Positions 54,684 to 64,000 of a stretch of DNA of 64,000 nt are shown here, piece after piece. A program made the translations under genes and the position numbers. The stretch covers positions 16,864-80,863 of the forward strand of contig JAILAB010000020.1 of the NCBI GenBank assembly GCA_024681855.1. The letters run 5' to 3'. A model generated the notes under the pieces. It saw nothing but the letters and a program-made list of their open reading frames with translations. It did no database searches and was not told the DNA's origin. The stretch is from Elusimicrobiales bacterium. GTDB lineage: Bacteria; Elusimicrobiota; Elusimicrobia; Elusimicrobiales; UBA9959. The number at the start of each line of letters is the position of its first letter. Position 1 is the stretch's first letter.

Positions 54684-55844
54684 ATGCTCAATAACATGAA
54701 TGATGAGAAAGACAAAAACATGGAGGAAGAAAACCTTTCTTCCATCCAGATGCCTGATTTTGCCGAATCAGGCGATTTTCAGTCCGCATTTGCTGCAAAC
54801 AGCGAACAGGAGGAAAATATCGGCAAAGAGCTATCCTCTGTAATCAGGCCTGGCCGTAAAGCTTCTGTTAATGATTCCGTAAAACAGTATATTGCCCATG
54901 TAAGCCAGATACAGCCTATAGACCGTGAGCAGATGGGAGAGCTTTGGAAGCGCGTAAAAAGGGGAGACCGGCGGGCTAAAGAGAAAATTTTTGAGCAGAA
55001 CCTGCGGCTTGTGATTTCCATAGCCCGTAAGTTCATGGATAAGCATAATGACGGAGGTCTTGATTTTCTTGATCTTATAGAGGAAGGCAATTTGGGCCTT
55101 TATCATGCGATTGAAAAATATGATCCTGAGCTTGGATATCGTTTTTCAACTTATGCCAATTATTGGATAGAGCAGCATGTTCGCCGCTATCTGGAGGAAA
55201 CTTCTAAAACCATACGCATTCCTCCCCATGCCTGGACTGCCATGCGCAAATGGCAGCGCGAATATAAGGCTTTGCAGGAAAAGCTTGGCCGCAGCCCGGA
55301 ATTTAGCGAAATGACAAGACATCTCGGCTGGACTGAAACGCAAGCCCGCCTGGCTATTAGAACTTCTGATCTCGTTTCTGGCATATCGTCAATAGATGCC
55401 ACCAGAACGAACAGCGAAGGAAAGGAAAATACCTTAGAAGAAACTATACATAGCGGGATGGAAGACACTCCTGAACATAAAGTAACGGAGAATAATACTT
55501 TGGAAGTGCTTAAAAAAGCTTTTGAGGAGCTTGATCCCAGAGAAAGGGAAATCCTTGAAGCCAGATATGGCCTTCACGACGAATCTGCTAAAACGCTTAA
55601 TGAAATAGGAAAGGAGCTGCATTTGTCCAGGGAGCGTGTGCGCCAGCTTGAGGCAAGAGCTTTGCAGACCTTGCGCAGGGCTGTAATTTCCTTAGGGCTT
55701 AATGAAGATGCTTACAGGACAGCTTCCTTGCGCAAAAAAAGCAGTTCATCCAATTTTGAAATGCTTTCAATGGCTTTGGCTGGGAAAAAACAGAAAAGAG
55801 GCTCAAGCCTGAAAATTTTAAAAATTCCAAGGAGAAACAAATGA
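54684..55844 (+). CDS. RNA polymerase sigma-70 family factor (regions 1.2-4; RpoD/RpoS-like)
   Basis: Region 2: DLIEEGNLGLYHAIEKYDPELGYRFSTYANYWIEQHVRR. Region 3 is present. Region 4: LNEIGKELHLSRERVRQLEARAL. Basic C-terminal extension. The start is ambiguous (54684 or 54696). Confidence 0.85.
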   Translation: MLNNMNDEKDKNMEEENLSSIQMPDFAESGDFQSAFAANSEQEENIGKELSSVIRPGRKASVNDSVKQYIAHVSQIQPIDREQMGELWKRVKRGDRRAKEKIFEQNLRLVISIARKFMDKHNDGGLDFLDLIEEGNLGLYHAIEKYDPELGYRFSTYANYWIEQHVRRYLEETSKTIRIPPHAWTAMRKWQREYKALQEKLGRSPEFSEMTRHLGWTETQARLAIRTSDLVSGISSIDATRTNSEGKENTLEETIHSGMEDTPEHKVTENNTLEVLKKAFEELDPREREILEARYGLHDESAKTLNEIGKELHLSRERVRQLEARALQTLRRAVISLGLNEDAYRTASLRKKSSSSNFEMLSMALAGKKQKRGSSLKILKIPRRNK

Positions 55845-56371
55845 ATGAAAATATAATTAAGGCTGCTGATGCGGCAATACGCAATATTCCTGATTTTCCT
55901 AAAAAAGGAGTTCTTTTCAAGGACATTACCCCTCTTCTTGGAGATGCGGTTCTTTTGAAACAAGTCATAAAGGCAATGGCAGAGCCATTTCGGGAAGCAG
56001 GAATAACAAAAGTCCTCGGCTCCGAGGCCAGGGGCTTTCTGCTTGCCGCTCCAATTGCTATAGAGCTTGGCGCCGGCCTTGTGCCAGTGCGCAAGAAAGG
56101 CAAACTGCCGGCCAAAACTATTTCTGCCAGCTATGCTTTGGAATATGGCACAGATACTCTGGAAATGCATGCTGATGCCTTGAAGCCTGGCGACAAAGTT
56201 CTTATAGCGGATGATGTTCTTGCCACAGGAGGCACTGCTGCGGCAATGAAAGAATTGGTTGAAAAAACAGGTGCTTCTGTCGTCGGTGTTTCAATGCTTA
56301 TTGAGTTGCCTTTTTTGAAGGGAAAAGAAAAAATTAGTGACTGTAAGCTATTTTCTTTGCTAAAATATTAG
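55841..56371 (+). CDS. apt: adenine phosphoribosyltransferase
   Basis: IPDFPKKGVLFKDITPLL and the PRPP motif VLIADDVLATGGTAAA. ATGA overlap with the sigma-factor stop. AAGGAG RBS. Confidence 0.92.
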   Translation: MNENIIKAADAAIRNIPDFPKKGVLFKDITPLLGDAVLLKQVIKAMAEPFREAGITKVLGSEARGFLLAAPIAIELGAGLVPVRKKGKLPAKTISASYALEYGTDTLEMHADALKPGDKVLIADDVLATGGTAAAMKELVEKTGASVVGVSMLIELPFLKGKEKISDCKLFSLLKY

Positions 56372-56382
56372 TAATACATTGC

Positions 56383-56459
56383 GCCCCCGTAGCTCAACTG
56401 GATAGAGCTGCTCCGTCCTAAGGAGAGGGTTGATGGTTCAAGTCCGTCCGGGGGTGCCA
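56383..56459 (+). tRNA. tRNA-Arg (anticodon CCU), CCA encoded
   Basis: Acceptor GCCCCCG/CGGGGGT (G1-U72), D arm GCTC..GAGC, anticodon loop GTCCTAA, T arm GATGG-TTCAAGT-CCGTC, then G-CCA. Confidence 0.88.
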
Positions 56460-56488
56460 ATATTTTATCTGTTATCCTGAGGAAAATT

Positions 56489-57184
56489 ATGCCAGCTAAT
56501 ACATGGGTGGAAAGCAAAAAAGAAGTTGAGACTGTGAAGAAGTCCCAGGCTCTTATTGATTGGATTAAAGAAAACAGGGAGACTTTCTGGGGCTCCGTAG
56601 CTGTTATAGCTGCCACAATCGCATTTGTCATTTTTTTTACTGCCAGCTATGCTAAAACACAAAAAAATGCCTGGCAGGCCCTTTTTATTGCTCAGCAGAA
56701 TGCCTATGCCGGTAAAATTGATGAGGCGAAAAAAATTTCCTCTGATCTCATAAAAAACTATAGCCGAAGCTCCGCTGTTCCTTTTGCGATTATGCTTGAA
56801 GGCGATCTTGATTTTGCTAAAGGCAAATTTGAAGAAGCTGAAAAATCTTATCGTCTTGCTATGAAAAAAGCAGAAAACACTCTTCTTCCTGTATTGCTTT
56901 TCAATGTTGGCAAAACTTTTGAGGCCCGCCATAATTGGGAAGAGACAATAAAGACTTATGAGTCTTTTATGAAAAAATATAATAGCCATTATACTGCCCC
57001 TGAAGTGTATATGAATCTTGCGGCGGCATATGCCAGGTCAGGCAAATCAGAAGAAGCGAAAACAGCTTTCTCAAAAATTACTGTTCTTTATCCTGACACT
57101 ATATGGGCTCAGCAGGCCAAGGCTATATTAAATCCTCCAGTGAAGGAACAGCCAAAGGCTGGCAAGAAGCAGACAAAAAAATAA
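56489..57184 (+). CDS. single-pass membrane TPR protein (YfgM-like)
   Basis: 231 aa. N-terminal cytoplasmic segment, one TM segment (FWGSVAVIAATIAFVIFF), then TPR-like helices. Lys-rich C-terminal end. Confidence 0.6.
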   Translation: MPANTWVESKKEVETVKKSQALIDWIKENRETFWGSVAVIAATIAFVIFFTASYAKTQKNAWQALFIAQQNAYAGKIDEAKKISSDLIKNYSRSSAVPFAIMLEGDLDFAKGKFEEAEKSYRLAMKKAENTLLPVLLFNVGKTFEARHNWEETIKTYESFMKKYNSHYTAPEVYMNLAAAYARSGKSEEAKTAFSKITVLYPDTIWAQQAKAILNPPVKEQPKAGKKQTKK

Positions 57185-57210
57185 TTGCCAGCGCAGAGCA
57201 TGGCATTAAT

Positions 57211-57241
57211 GAAGCCCGCTTAAAACGGGCTTCTGTTTTTT
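57211..57241 (+). terminator. rho-independent terminator
   Basis: gaagcccg-cttaaaa-cgggcttc followed by tgtttttt. Confidence 0.8.
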
Positions 57242-57301
57242 AATGCAATGCTGTTAATTAACGATTAATACCATAATTGAATACAAAATAAAATTCTTTC
57301 C

Positions 57302-58189
57302 ATGAAAAAAATATTTTCATTTTTCTTCTTTTTTGTTCTGTTGTCTGACATTTCCGCATATGCCCAGTTTGAGATGCCTGAGAATGATAACATAAATGCT
57401 TTATATAGGGCTGATTCAACATCTCTTAATATGAAAAATCAATCTTATGGAGGCAATATAAAGCTGGGAACTGCCGCAGGCCATAATGTGTACGCGCGCG
57501 GCAAGTGGGCGGAATATCAGTCATCCGGCTATGGTTATTTTCCTAAATATCTTTATGAGGCTAATATTTCCCTGTTTGCGGCATCGGAAATACAGACAAT
57601 TTCACTGTATGCGGATTCTAAATCTGACAAGCTTTATCATTCGGATAAGGAAACTGATTTCGGCTTTAGCTATTTCCGTACCATAAAATCATGGAGCACT
57701 CCGCAAAGCACATGGATGTTCGCCTTGAATTATTCCAGCAGAAGAAGCTTTTGGGGAGGGATTCCAATCCCTTTCTTAGCTTACAGATATATTTCAAGAA
57801 AATTTATCTTTATGGCTCCTTTTTATGCCCAGTGGAATATTAGCGAAACATGGTCTGCCAATGCCCAGTGGCTTCCTGTTGAGTGCTATAAGGCCGGAAT
57901 AAAATGGATGCCTTCAAAATCCTTTTTTATTGAGCTTCAGCATGGAATTAACTCAGAATCTTTTTTCATAGCAAATAGGCCGGAAGAAGATGAGTCGCTG
58001 TATTTAAAAACTGCATATCTGTCCCTAAATCCAGTATGGAAGATAGGGGAGAAAGCTGAACTTTCCTTAATGGCAGGCTGGATATTTCGCAGCAAATATT
58101 ATTATGGAGACAGCTATAGTGATGTGAATGGACTTGTAAGGACTGGCGATGGCTTTGCCGGATCTGCGGCATTAAAGATTTTTTTCTGA
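57302..58189 (+). CDS. putative outer-membrane beta-barrel protein, unknown family
   Basis: 295 aa. Signal MKKIFSFFFFFVLLSDISAYA. Aromatic-rich alternating pattern ending GSAALKIFF. Confidence 0.5.
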   Translation: MKKIFSFFFFFVLLSDISAYAQFEMPENDNINALYRADSTSLNMKNQSYGGNIKLGTAAGHNVYARGKWAEYQSSGYGYFPKYLYEANISLFAASEIQTISLYADSKSDKLYHSDKETDFGFSYFRTIKSWSTPQSTWMFALNYSSRRSFWGGIPIPFLAYRYISRKFIFMAPFYAQWNISETWSANAQWLPVECYKAGIKWMPSKSFFIELQHGINSESFFIANRPEEDESLYLKTAYLSLNPVWKIGEKAELSLMAGWIFRSKYYYGDSYSDVNGLVRTGDGFAGSAALKIFF

Positions 58190-58373
58190 GTTTCTTTTGA
58201 GTCTTTAGACTGCAATATAAGTCTTAATGCGGTTTTCAGGCATAGGCTCAGGCCTGCTTCATGCTTTATAAAGCATTTAATGCTGCCTTATAATCCTTGT
58301 TTTGCCCTTCTTATAATAATAATGTAAAATATGAATGATTGTTCCAGCAATGCCGGAGCGATTTTTATGCCGT

Positions 58374-60191
58374 ATGATTACTTTGCGAAATATATGCAAG
58401 TCTTTTACTTCACAGGTCCTTTTTGAGGATGCATCGCTTCAGCTTAATGATGGGGATCGTTTCGTGCTTGTAGGGCCTAATGGCGCTGGCAAATCCACAT
58501 TATTTAAAATGCTGCTTGGGCAGGAAGAATGCGATGAAGGCGAGATAAGCTTTAAAAAAGGCGCTGTCATAGGCTATCTTCCGCAAGAAAATCCTCCAGT
58601 TTCAGATGAAAGCATAATTAGTTCCGTCCTTGACGGGGCAGAAGACTTTGACGGCAGGCTGGCAGCAGAAGGCAAATCCATACTTATGGGGCTTGGATTT
58701 AAAGTTAAGGATTTTGATCGCCCTATTAACACTTTAAGCGGCGGATTAGCTATGCGTGCTGCCTTAGCAAAGCTTTTGCTCAAAAAACCGGATCTTCTGC
58801 TTTTGGACGAGCCGACTAATCATCTTGACCTGGAATCGCTTAAATGGCTTGAAGATTATCTTCAGCACTATCAGGGCGCGGTTTTTTCCATATCTCATGA
58901 CCGTGATTTTATAAATAAGACAAGCAAAGCTATTGTAGCCTTACAGGAACATAAACTGAAAATATATTATGGGGATTATGAGCATTATCTTAAGCAGAGA
59001 GATGATGAAAAAGCTAAGCTTTTAAGCGCCTGGAAAAGGCAGCAGGAAGAAATTGCCCAAATGGAAGACTTTATCGCAAGGAACAGAGTTAGGGCTTCTA
59101 CTGCCAGCCGCGTGCAGAGCATGATAAAGCGCTTGGAGAAAATAGAGAGAATTGAGCTTCCGGCTGAAAGCAAAACTGTAAAGATGCATTTCCCGCAGCC
59201 AATGCGCACGGCCACAAAAGTGCTTGAACTTAAGGGAGTATCTAAGATTTACCCTATTGAAGGCCACGAACCGCTAAAAGTTTATGAAAATTTTGATTTT
59301 GTCCTTGAGCGCGGACAGAAAATGGTATTCGTTGGTCATAACGGTGCAGGCAAGTCCACTCTTCTAAAAATGCTTGCAGGGGCAATTCCTCCAGACACTG
59401 GCGATAGAATACTGGGTCTTAACGTGAAGACGGGATATTTTTCCCAGCATCATACCGATATGCTGGATGCAAGGAAAACAGTTCTTCAGGAAGCCATGGA
59501 CAATGACCGCATGAATCCGGAACTTATGGTGCGCACAGTTCTTGGCGCATTTCTTTTTCATGGCGATGACGTATATAAGCCTGTATCGGTGCTTTCAGGC
59601 GGAGAAAAAAGCCGCCTAATGCTAGTTAAGCTCCTTCTTGACCCTCCCAATGTGCTGCTAATGGATGAACCTACGACACATCTTGATATGGCTAGCGCAG
59701 ATGCCCTCATCTCTGCCCTAAAAGATTTTGAAGGCACTATATGCTTCATAAGCCATGATGTATATTTTATAAACGCAATTGCCGATTCGGTAGTGCATGT
59801 GGAAAATGGCAAGACTACGGTTTATCCGGGAAATTATGATTATTTTCTCTACCGCATGCGTCAGGCAGAGAAAGCCGAAGAGCCCATGCAGCCTTTTGCG
59901 CAGGAAAAAAATAATAAGAAAACCTGCGGCTATGGAAGCTGGGCTGAAAAAAAACAGCGTGATGCGGAAGTCCGAAAAAAGGCACGCCGCAGGGAAACTA
60001 TTAAGAAGGAAATAGACAGAATAAAATCAGAAGTTGCAAAACTTGCTGAGAAAATGGCCAGTCCGGAAATTTATTCAGATTATATCCAAGTTCAGGAAAT
60101 CAGCGGAAAAATATCTGCCATGGAAAAACAGATAGCCGATTATTCTGATGAGCTTGACTTGCTTGATCTGGAAGCTTTGGAAGAGAACTGA
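58374..60191 (+). CDS. ABC-F family ATPase (two NBDs, no TMD) with a C-terminal coiled-coil
   Basis: Two Walker A sites (GPNGAGKST, GHNGAGKST), two LSGG signatures (LSGGLAMR, LSGGEKSR) and a linker between them. I prefer the start MITLRN at 58374; the track start is 58335. Confidence 0.9.
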   Translation: MITLRNICKSFTSQVLFEDASLQLNDGDRFVLVGPNGAGKSTLFKMLLGQEECDEGEISFKKGAVIGYLPQENPPVSDESIISSVLDGAEDFDGRLAAEGKSILMGLGFKVKDFDRPINTLSGGLAMRAALAKLLLKKPDLLLLDEPTNHLDLESLKWLEDYLQHYQGAVFSISHDRDFINKTSKAIVALQEHKLKIYYGDYEHYLKQRDDEKAKLLSAWKRQQEEIAQMEDFIARNRVRASTASRVQSMIKRLEKIERIELPAESKTVKMHFPQPMRTATKVLELKGVSKIYPIEGHEPLKVYENFDFVLERGQKMVFVGHNGAGKSTLLKMLAGAIPPDTGDRILGLNVKTGYFSQHHTDMLDARKTVLQEAMDNDRMNPELMVRTVLGAFLFHGDDVYKPVSVLSGGEKSRLMLVKLLLDPPNVLLMDEPTTHLDMASADALISALKDFEGTICFISHDVYFINAIADSVVHVENGKTTVYPGNYDYFLYRMRQAEKAEEPMQPFAQEKNNKKTCGYGSWAEKKQRDAEVRKKARRRETIKKEIDRIKSEVAKLAEKMASPEIYSDYIQVQEISGKISAMEKQIADYSDELDLLDLEALEEN

Positions 60192-60194
60192 TTT

Positions 60195-62045
60195 ATGGAA
60201 AACACAGTGAAACATCGCAATGATTTAAGAAATATAGCTATTATAGCCCATGTTGACCATGGCAAGACAACACTGGTTGATGCCATGCTTAAACAGACTG
60301 GTGCATTTAAAGATAAGAGCGGCGAAGAAGCTACCTGCATAATGGACTCAAATGACCAGGAAAGGGAAAGGGGAATAACAATTCTTTCTAAGAATACATC
60401 AGTGAAGTACGGCGATACCACAATTCACATTGTGGATACCCCCGGACATGCGGACTTTGGCAGCGAGGTTGAGCGCGTATTGCGCATGGTAGACGGAGTT
60501 CTGTTGCTGGTGGATGCTTTAGACGGCCCTATGCCGCAGACTCGTTTCGTATTAAAGAAATCTCTTGCATTGGGATTGCGCCCTATTGTTGTTATAAATA
60601 AGATTGACCGCCCTAACTGCAATCCTAGCGCATCATTAGATAAAGTGTTCTCATTGTTTATGGAACTGGATGCCACAGATGAGCAGCTGGATTTCCCTGT
60701 AGTTTATGCTGTCGGCAGAGACGGCTGGGCCACTTATGACCCTGAGGTTAAAACTGATAACCTTAAGCCTTTGTTTGATACTATAATAAAGCATGTTCCA
60801 GGCCCGGCAGACGATGAGGAAGGCCCTCTTAGGCTTTTGGTTACTATGCTGGATTACAGCTCATATACAGGCCGTATAGGCATAGGCCGCATAACGCAGG
60901 GCAAAATTTTAGAGGGCCAGCAGGTAATGACAGGCTCTGAGAAAAAGCCTATGGTGCAGCGCAAAGTCGTTCAGCTTATGGGATATAAGGGCCTTCAGCG
61001 CATAAATATCAAGCAGGCGAGAGCTGGTGATATAGTAGCCATAGCGGGCCTTGAGGGAGTGGATGTAGGCGATACTGTTTCTTCTGTTGATTCTCCTGGT
61101 GTTCTTCCTACGCTTGAAATAGAGCCTCCTACGCTCTCAATGGAATTTTTTGCAAATGACGGGCCTTTCGCAGGCAGGGATGGAAAATTTGTTACCATTA
61201 CGCAGATTAAAGAAAGGCTTATGCGCGAGCAGGAAACAAATGTGGGCCTTAAGGTAGAAGAAATAAACAGCGGCGTAGCCGGCTATAAAGTTTCCGGCAG
61301 AGGGGAACTGCATCTCTCTGTGCTTATTGAAAGCATGCGCCGCGAAGGCTATGAGCTTTGTGTTTCTAAAATGGTTGTGCTTACTAAAGAAGAAAATGGC
61401 GTAAAAATGGAGCCTGTAGAATATCTGGTCATGGATGCTCCGTCCGAATACCAGGGCAATATAATGACTGCCATGGGAGAAAGGGGAGCACAGATGAAAA
61501 ACATGGTCATCGGCGAGGATGGCCGCATACGCTTTGAGTATGTAATATCTTCAAGGGCGCTTATAGGCCTTAAGTCAAAATTCCTCAGCTTCACCAGAGG
61601 CTCAGGCCTTATGCATCACAGCTTCTACGGATATATGAAAGAAGGCTCTTTCAGTCCCGTTAAGCGCAATGGCGTTTTTGTAGCTAAGGAAACAGGGCAG
61701 ACAGCAAGCTATGCCCTTAATACTCTCCAAGAGCATGGAACTATGTTCGTGGGCCCTGGAGAGGAAGTGTATGCGGGTCAGATTGTCGGAGAAAATTGCC
61801 GCAGCAATGATCTTGTTGCTAATCCCTGCAAGGAAAAACACCAGACAAATATGCGTTCTTCAACAGCTGATGCTTCAGTAATACTTACTCCGCCAGTAAG
61901 AATGAGCCTTGAGCAGTCTATAGAATATATTGCTGAAGATGAATTTGTTGAAGTTACGCCCCATAACATAAGAATGAGAAAGAAAATTTTGGATCATGGC
62001 AAGCGCCGCAGAAGCGAACGCCCTGTTTCAGAAGAGGAGGATTAA
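60195..62045 (+). CDS. typA: translational GTPase TypA/BipA
   Basis: [32 protein letters not shown], and the TypA-specific C-terminal domain. Confidence 0.95.
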   Translation: MENTVKHRNDLRNIAIIAHVDHGKTTLVDAMLKQTGAFKDKSGEEATCIMDSNDQERERGITILSKNTSVKYGDTTIHIVDTPGHADFGSEVERVLRMVDGVLLLVDALDGPMPQTRFVLKKSLALGLRPIVVINKIDRPNCNPSASLDKVFSLFMELDATDEQLDFPVVYAVGRDGWATYDPEVKTDNLKPLFDTIIKHVPGPADDEEGPLRLLVTMLDYSSYTGRIGIGRITQGKILEGQQVMTGSEKKPMVQRKVVQLMGYKGLQRINIKQARAGDIVAIAGLEGVDVGDTVSSVDSPGVLPTLEIEPPTLSMEFFANDGPFAGRDGKFVTITQIKERLMREQETNVGLKVEEINSGVAGYKVSGRGELHLSVLIESMRREGYELCVSKMVVLTKEENGVKMEPVEYLVMDAPSEYQGNIMTAMGERGAQMKNMVIGEDGRIRFEYVISSRALIGLKSKFLSFTRGSGLMHHSFYGYMKEGSFSPVKRNGVFVAKETGQTASYALNTLQEHGTMFVGPGEEVYAGQIVGENCRSNDLVANPCKEKHQTNMRSSTADASVILTPPVRMSLEQSIEYIAEDEFVEVTPHNIRMRKKILDHGKRRRSERPVSEEED

Positions 62046-62758
62046 TGTCACCGAAAATCATGCGTTATTTGCGCCTTTCCGCGCTTATTATTGCCGTTGC
62101 TTTATCATCTGCATGCTTAGGCAATTCTAGAAAAGCTGCCACTGCTCTTCAGTATCTGGATGAGGCTTCTGTATTGTCTATAAAACTGCCAGAAGTGCCT
62201 GACACAGGCTCTGCCTTGTTTGAATCTGATTTTAAGACTTTGCATGAATGGCAGGAAAAGAGATCTGAAGGGGAGTGCATAGTTGCCAAGAAAAATGCGG
62301 ACTATGATTTTAGGGCCATGTTTCCAGGCCTTAAAGATTTTTATGAGAATCTTCCAGCTGTAAATAGGGAATTTTTGGATTCCGTAGGAGATGAAACGGC
62401 AATAGCTGTAAAACTCATGAAGAAAAAATATAACAGGGCTCGTCCGTATATTACAGATCCTACATTGCTGCCATGCGTGGATAAGCCTGGAAAGAACAGC
62501 AGAGCCTATCCGAGCGGACATTCCACGAGGGCAAGGGTTTATGCCTTATTGCTTACCGAGCTTATGCCTAAGCGCCGTTCTGAGTTTCTTACAAGGGCTG
62601 ACATAATCGGCCTTGACCGGGTTGTAGGCGGTGTACACCATCCTACAGATATTGAAGCCGGCAGGCGCTTCGCTAATGCTCTTTTTGCGAAGTATATGCA
62701 GAATAAGCTCTTTAGGGCTAATGTGAATAATCTCAGGCAGTATCTTCCCAAAAATTGA
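62045..62758 (+). CDS. class A acid phosphatase / PAP2 superfamily lipoprotein
   Basis: Lipobox ALSSAC. PAP2 tripartite motif KKKYNRARP ... PSGHS ... DRVVGGVHHPTD. TAATG overlap with typA. Confidence 0.8.
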   Translation: MSPKIMRYLRLSALIIAVALSSACLGNSRKAATALQYLDEASVLSIKLPEVPDTGSALFESDFKTLHEWQEKRSEGECIVAKKNADYDFRAMFPGLKDFYENLPAVNREFLDSVGDETAIAVKLMKKKYNRARPYITDPTLLPCVDKPGKNSRAYPSGHSTRARVYALLLTELMPKRRSEFLTRADIIGLDRVVGGVHHPTDIEAGRRFANALFAKYMQNKLFRANVNNLRQYLPKN

Positions 62759-62782
62759 TTTTCTTGCGAAGACGAAAAGCAG

Positions 62783-62816
62783 AAAAGGCCAGCTTTATGC
62801 TGGCTTTTTCTTTTTT
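62783..62816 (+). terminator. rho-independent terminator
   Basis: aaaaggccagc-tttat-gctggcttttt followed by cttttttt. Confidence 0.75.
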
Positions 62817-62834
62817 AGCACTCTAAACTGAGTA

Positions 62835-62863
62835 TTGACAATTAAGTCTGCATGAGCTATAAT
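62835..62863 (+). promoter_or_regulatory. consensus sigma-70 promoter for hrcA (TTGACA-N17-TATAAT)
   Basis: TTGACA at 62835-62840, exactly 17 nt of spacer, TATAAT at 62858-62863, read directly. Confidence 0.75.
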
Positions 62864-62867
62864 ATTT

Positions 62868-62894
62868 TTAGCACTTAAAAGCATTGAGCGCCAA
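62868..62894 (+). promoter_or_regulatory. CIRCE-like HrcA operator (imperfect)
   Basis: TTAGCACTT-N9-GAGCGCCAA against the consensus TTAGCACTC-N9-GAGTGCTAA (8/9 and 7/9), starting 5 nt after the -10. A further exact left half-site TTAGCACTC sits at 62815-62823. Confidence 0.55.
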
Positions 62895-62926
62895 TTTTGA
62901 AAAATGCTTAAAGGCTAGAGATTAAA

Positions 62927-64000
62927 ATGCGAGTCCTTAAACCTGAAGATGCCAGAAACAGAAAAGAGAAGATCCTCAATTGGGTTGTCTTTAACTATGT
63001 TAATACAGGCCGCCCGGTAAGCTCAGATCTTATCACTAAGGAAGGCAGCTTCAATATCTCTAGCGCTACAATAAGGAATGTGCTCAAGGAGCTTGAAGAA
63101 GAAGGGTACCTTTTTCAGCCTCACACTTCCGGAGGCAGAATACCTACGGATAAAGGCTATAGAGCTTATGTGGACAATGTTTCCCGCATGCAGAGGCTTG
63201 CTCTTAGAGAAAAAGAACTTCTTGAGCAGGAATATGAGCGGCGCATTGAGCAGCTGGATGGCTTCCTTAAGCATACGTCAAAAATGCTTTCTGAAATGTC
63301 TCAGTGTGCTGGCTTTGTAATGAGCGCTGATGCTGAAAATGACTTGCTAAAACGCATGGAGCTTATAAGCCTTGCTCCAAATACTGTGCTTACGGTTCTT
63401 GTTTCACATGCAGGGATAATAAAGAACAATGCCTTTGTGCTTAGCAGTCCTATTGAAAAAGACGATTTGCGTATCTTGGCAATTAAGCTTAATCGCCGGC
63501 TTAAAGATTTTTCAATAATTGAATGCTCTAATATTATAAAGACAGAATTTTTGCCTGTCCTGCGCAGCAGGGGGATTTCAGAACTGCTGAAAAAAATTGC
63601 GGATTATCTGGCCAGCTCTGCCCATGCGGAAGATGCACTTTACATGGACGGCTTGAGCCGCATATATTCAAATTTTGAAGATGTAAGTCCTGATGACATA
63701 AGAGATTTAGCCCGCCTTCTGGAGGAAAAAGAACGTTTTTCTGGCATGCTGCGCCGCCGCTTGCGCGAAAGCAGCCGCCCAGCCATATCTTCCGGCAAGA
63801 CTGGCCATGCGGTTGATGTAACAATAGGATCAGAGAATAATATAAAGGAATTTAAAAATTTTAGCCTTGTTTCCAGCTCTTACAGAATTAATGACAAGAC
63901 TGTGGGCATGATAGGCATTCTCGGCTATAAGCGCATGGAATACTCGCGCATGATTTCCTTGGTGGAAACAGTTAGCCGTATGATGGAAGAAATGCTCGGT
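62927..64000 (+). CDS. hrcA: heat-inducible transcription repressor HrcA (3' end beyond the window)
   Basis: The ATG at 62927 stays open to the window end (358 codons). MRVLKPEDARNRKEKILNWVVFNYVNTGRPVSSDLI...SSATIRNVLKELEEEGYLFQPHTSGGRIPTDKGYRAYVD is the HrcA winged-helix N-terminus. Absent from the ORF track because there is no stop in the window. Confidence 0.9.
   Translation, partial: MRVLKPEDARNRKEKILNWVVFNYVNTGRPVSSDLITKEGSFNISSATIRNVLKELEEEGYLFQPHTSGGRIPTDKGYRAYVDNVSRMQRLALREKELLEQEYERRIEQLDGFLKHTSKMLSEMSQCAGFVMSADAENDLLKRMELISLAPNTVLTVLVSHAGIIKNNAFVLSSPIEKDDLRILAIKLNRRLKDFSIIECSNIIKTEFLPVLRSRGISELLKKIADYLASSAHAEDALYMDGLSRIYSNFEDVSPDDIRDLARLLEEKERFSGMLRRRLRESSRPAISSGKTGHAVDVTIGSENNIKEFKNFSLVSSSYRINDKTVGMIGILGYKRMEYSRMISLVETVSRMMEEMLG

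Noticed and set aside
58261-58276. 16-bp perfect palindrome atgctttataaagcat upstream of the ABC-F gene
   Set aside because: It is AT-rich and short, I could not anchor it to a convincing promoter (a TATAAT at 58289-58294 has only a poor -35), and there is no second copy in the window. I kept it as a note only.
1-64000. Scanned for CRISPR repeats, transposase/integrase genes, rRNA, prophage modules, toxin-antitoxin pairs and tRNA-flanked direct repeats
   Set aside because: I found none. No regularly spaced repeats, no IS-type inverted-repeat ends and no recombinase motifs appear in any listed ORF. The three tRNAs show no obvious duplicated 3' halves nearby, although an exhaustive repeat search was not possible by eye.

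Overview
This is a dense 64-kb chromosomal window with about 60 CDS and 3 tRNAs. It has no rRNA, CRISPR array, transposase, integrase or recognisable defence system. The host looks like a diderm bacterium of moderate-to-low GC (roughly 40-45% by eye, not computed): the window encodes TolC, OmpA/Pal-like and several beta-barrel proteins that end in Phe. I cannot name the lineage from sequence alone.

Most genes are housekeeping: glmM'-pdxJ-glmS, ispE, tsaE/tsaB/rimI, thiL, nnrD, rarA-xseA-xseB, tlyA, tilS, ybeY, glgC, thyX, mazG, nagZ, tpiA-pduL-deoC, a sigma-70 factor, apt, an ABC-F ATPase, typA and hrcA.

Envelope and secretome genes are interspersed among them and are the interesting part:
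1. A tandem pair of uncharacterised two-domain outer-membrane proteins. The second copy is out of frame at a T10 tract inside its signal-peptide codons, which is either a phase-variation switch or a homopolymer error.
2. Two paralogous inhibitory-type serpins, one with predicted P1 Arg and a signal peptide, the other with P1 Lys and a lipobox.
3. A secreted S1 protease next to a clostripain (C11)-like protein that appears to lack the catalytic Cys.
4. An agmatine-deiminase/PAD-fold enzyme that carries a signal peptide.
5. A TolC-HlyD-2xABC-2 permease operon with no ATPase gene, behind a promoter whose spacer is a 21-bp palindrome.
6. A receiver-only response regulator with a poly-proline tail, translationally coupled to a coiled-coil protein.
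7. A hairpin-less membrane-fusion-like protein with a histone-H1-like basic tail, wedged between thyX and a chlorite-dismutase-family gene.

None of these is a proven novel system. All functional calls come from motif recognition by eye, and no database search was run.
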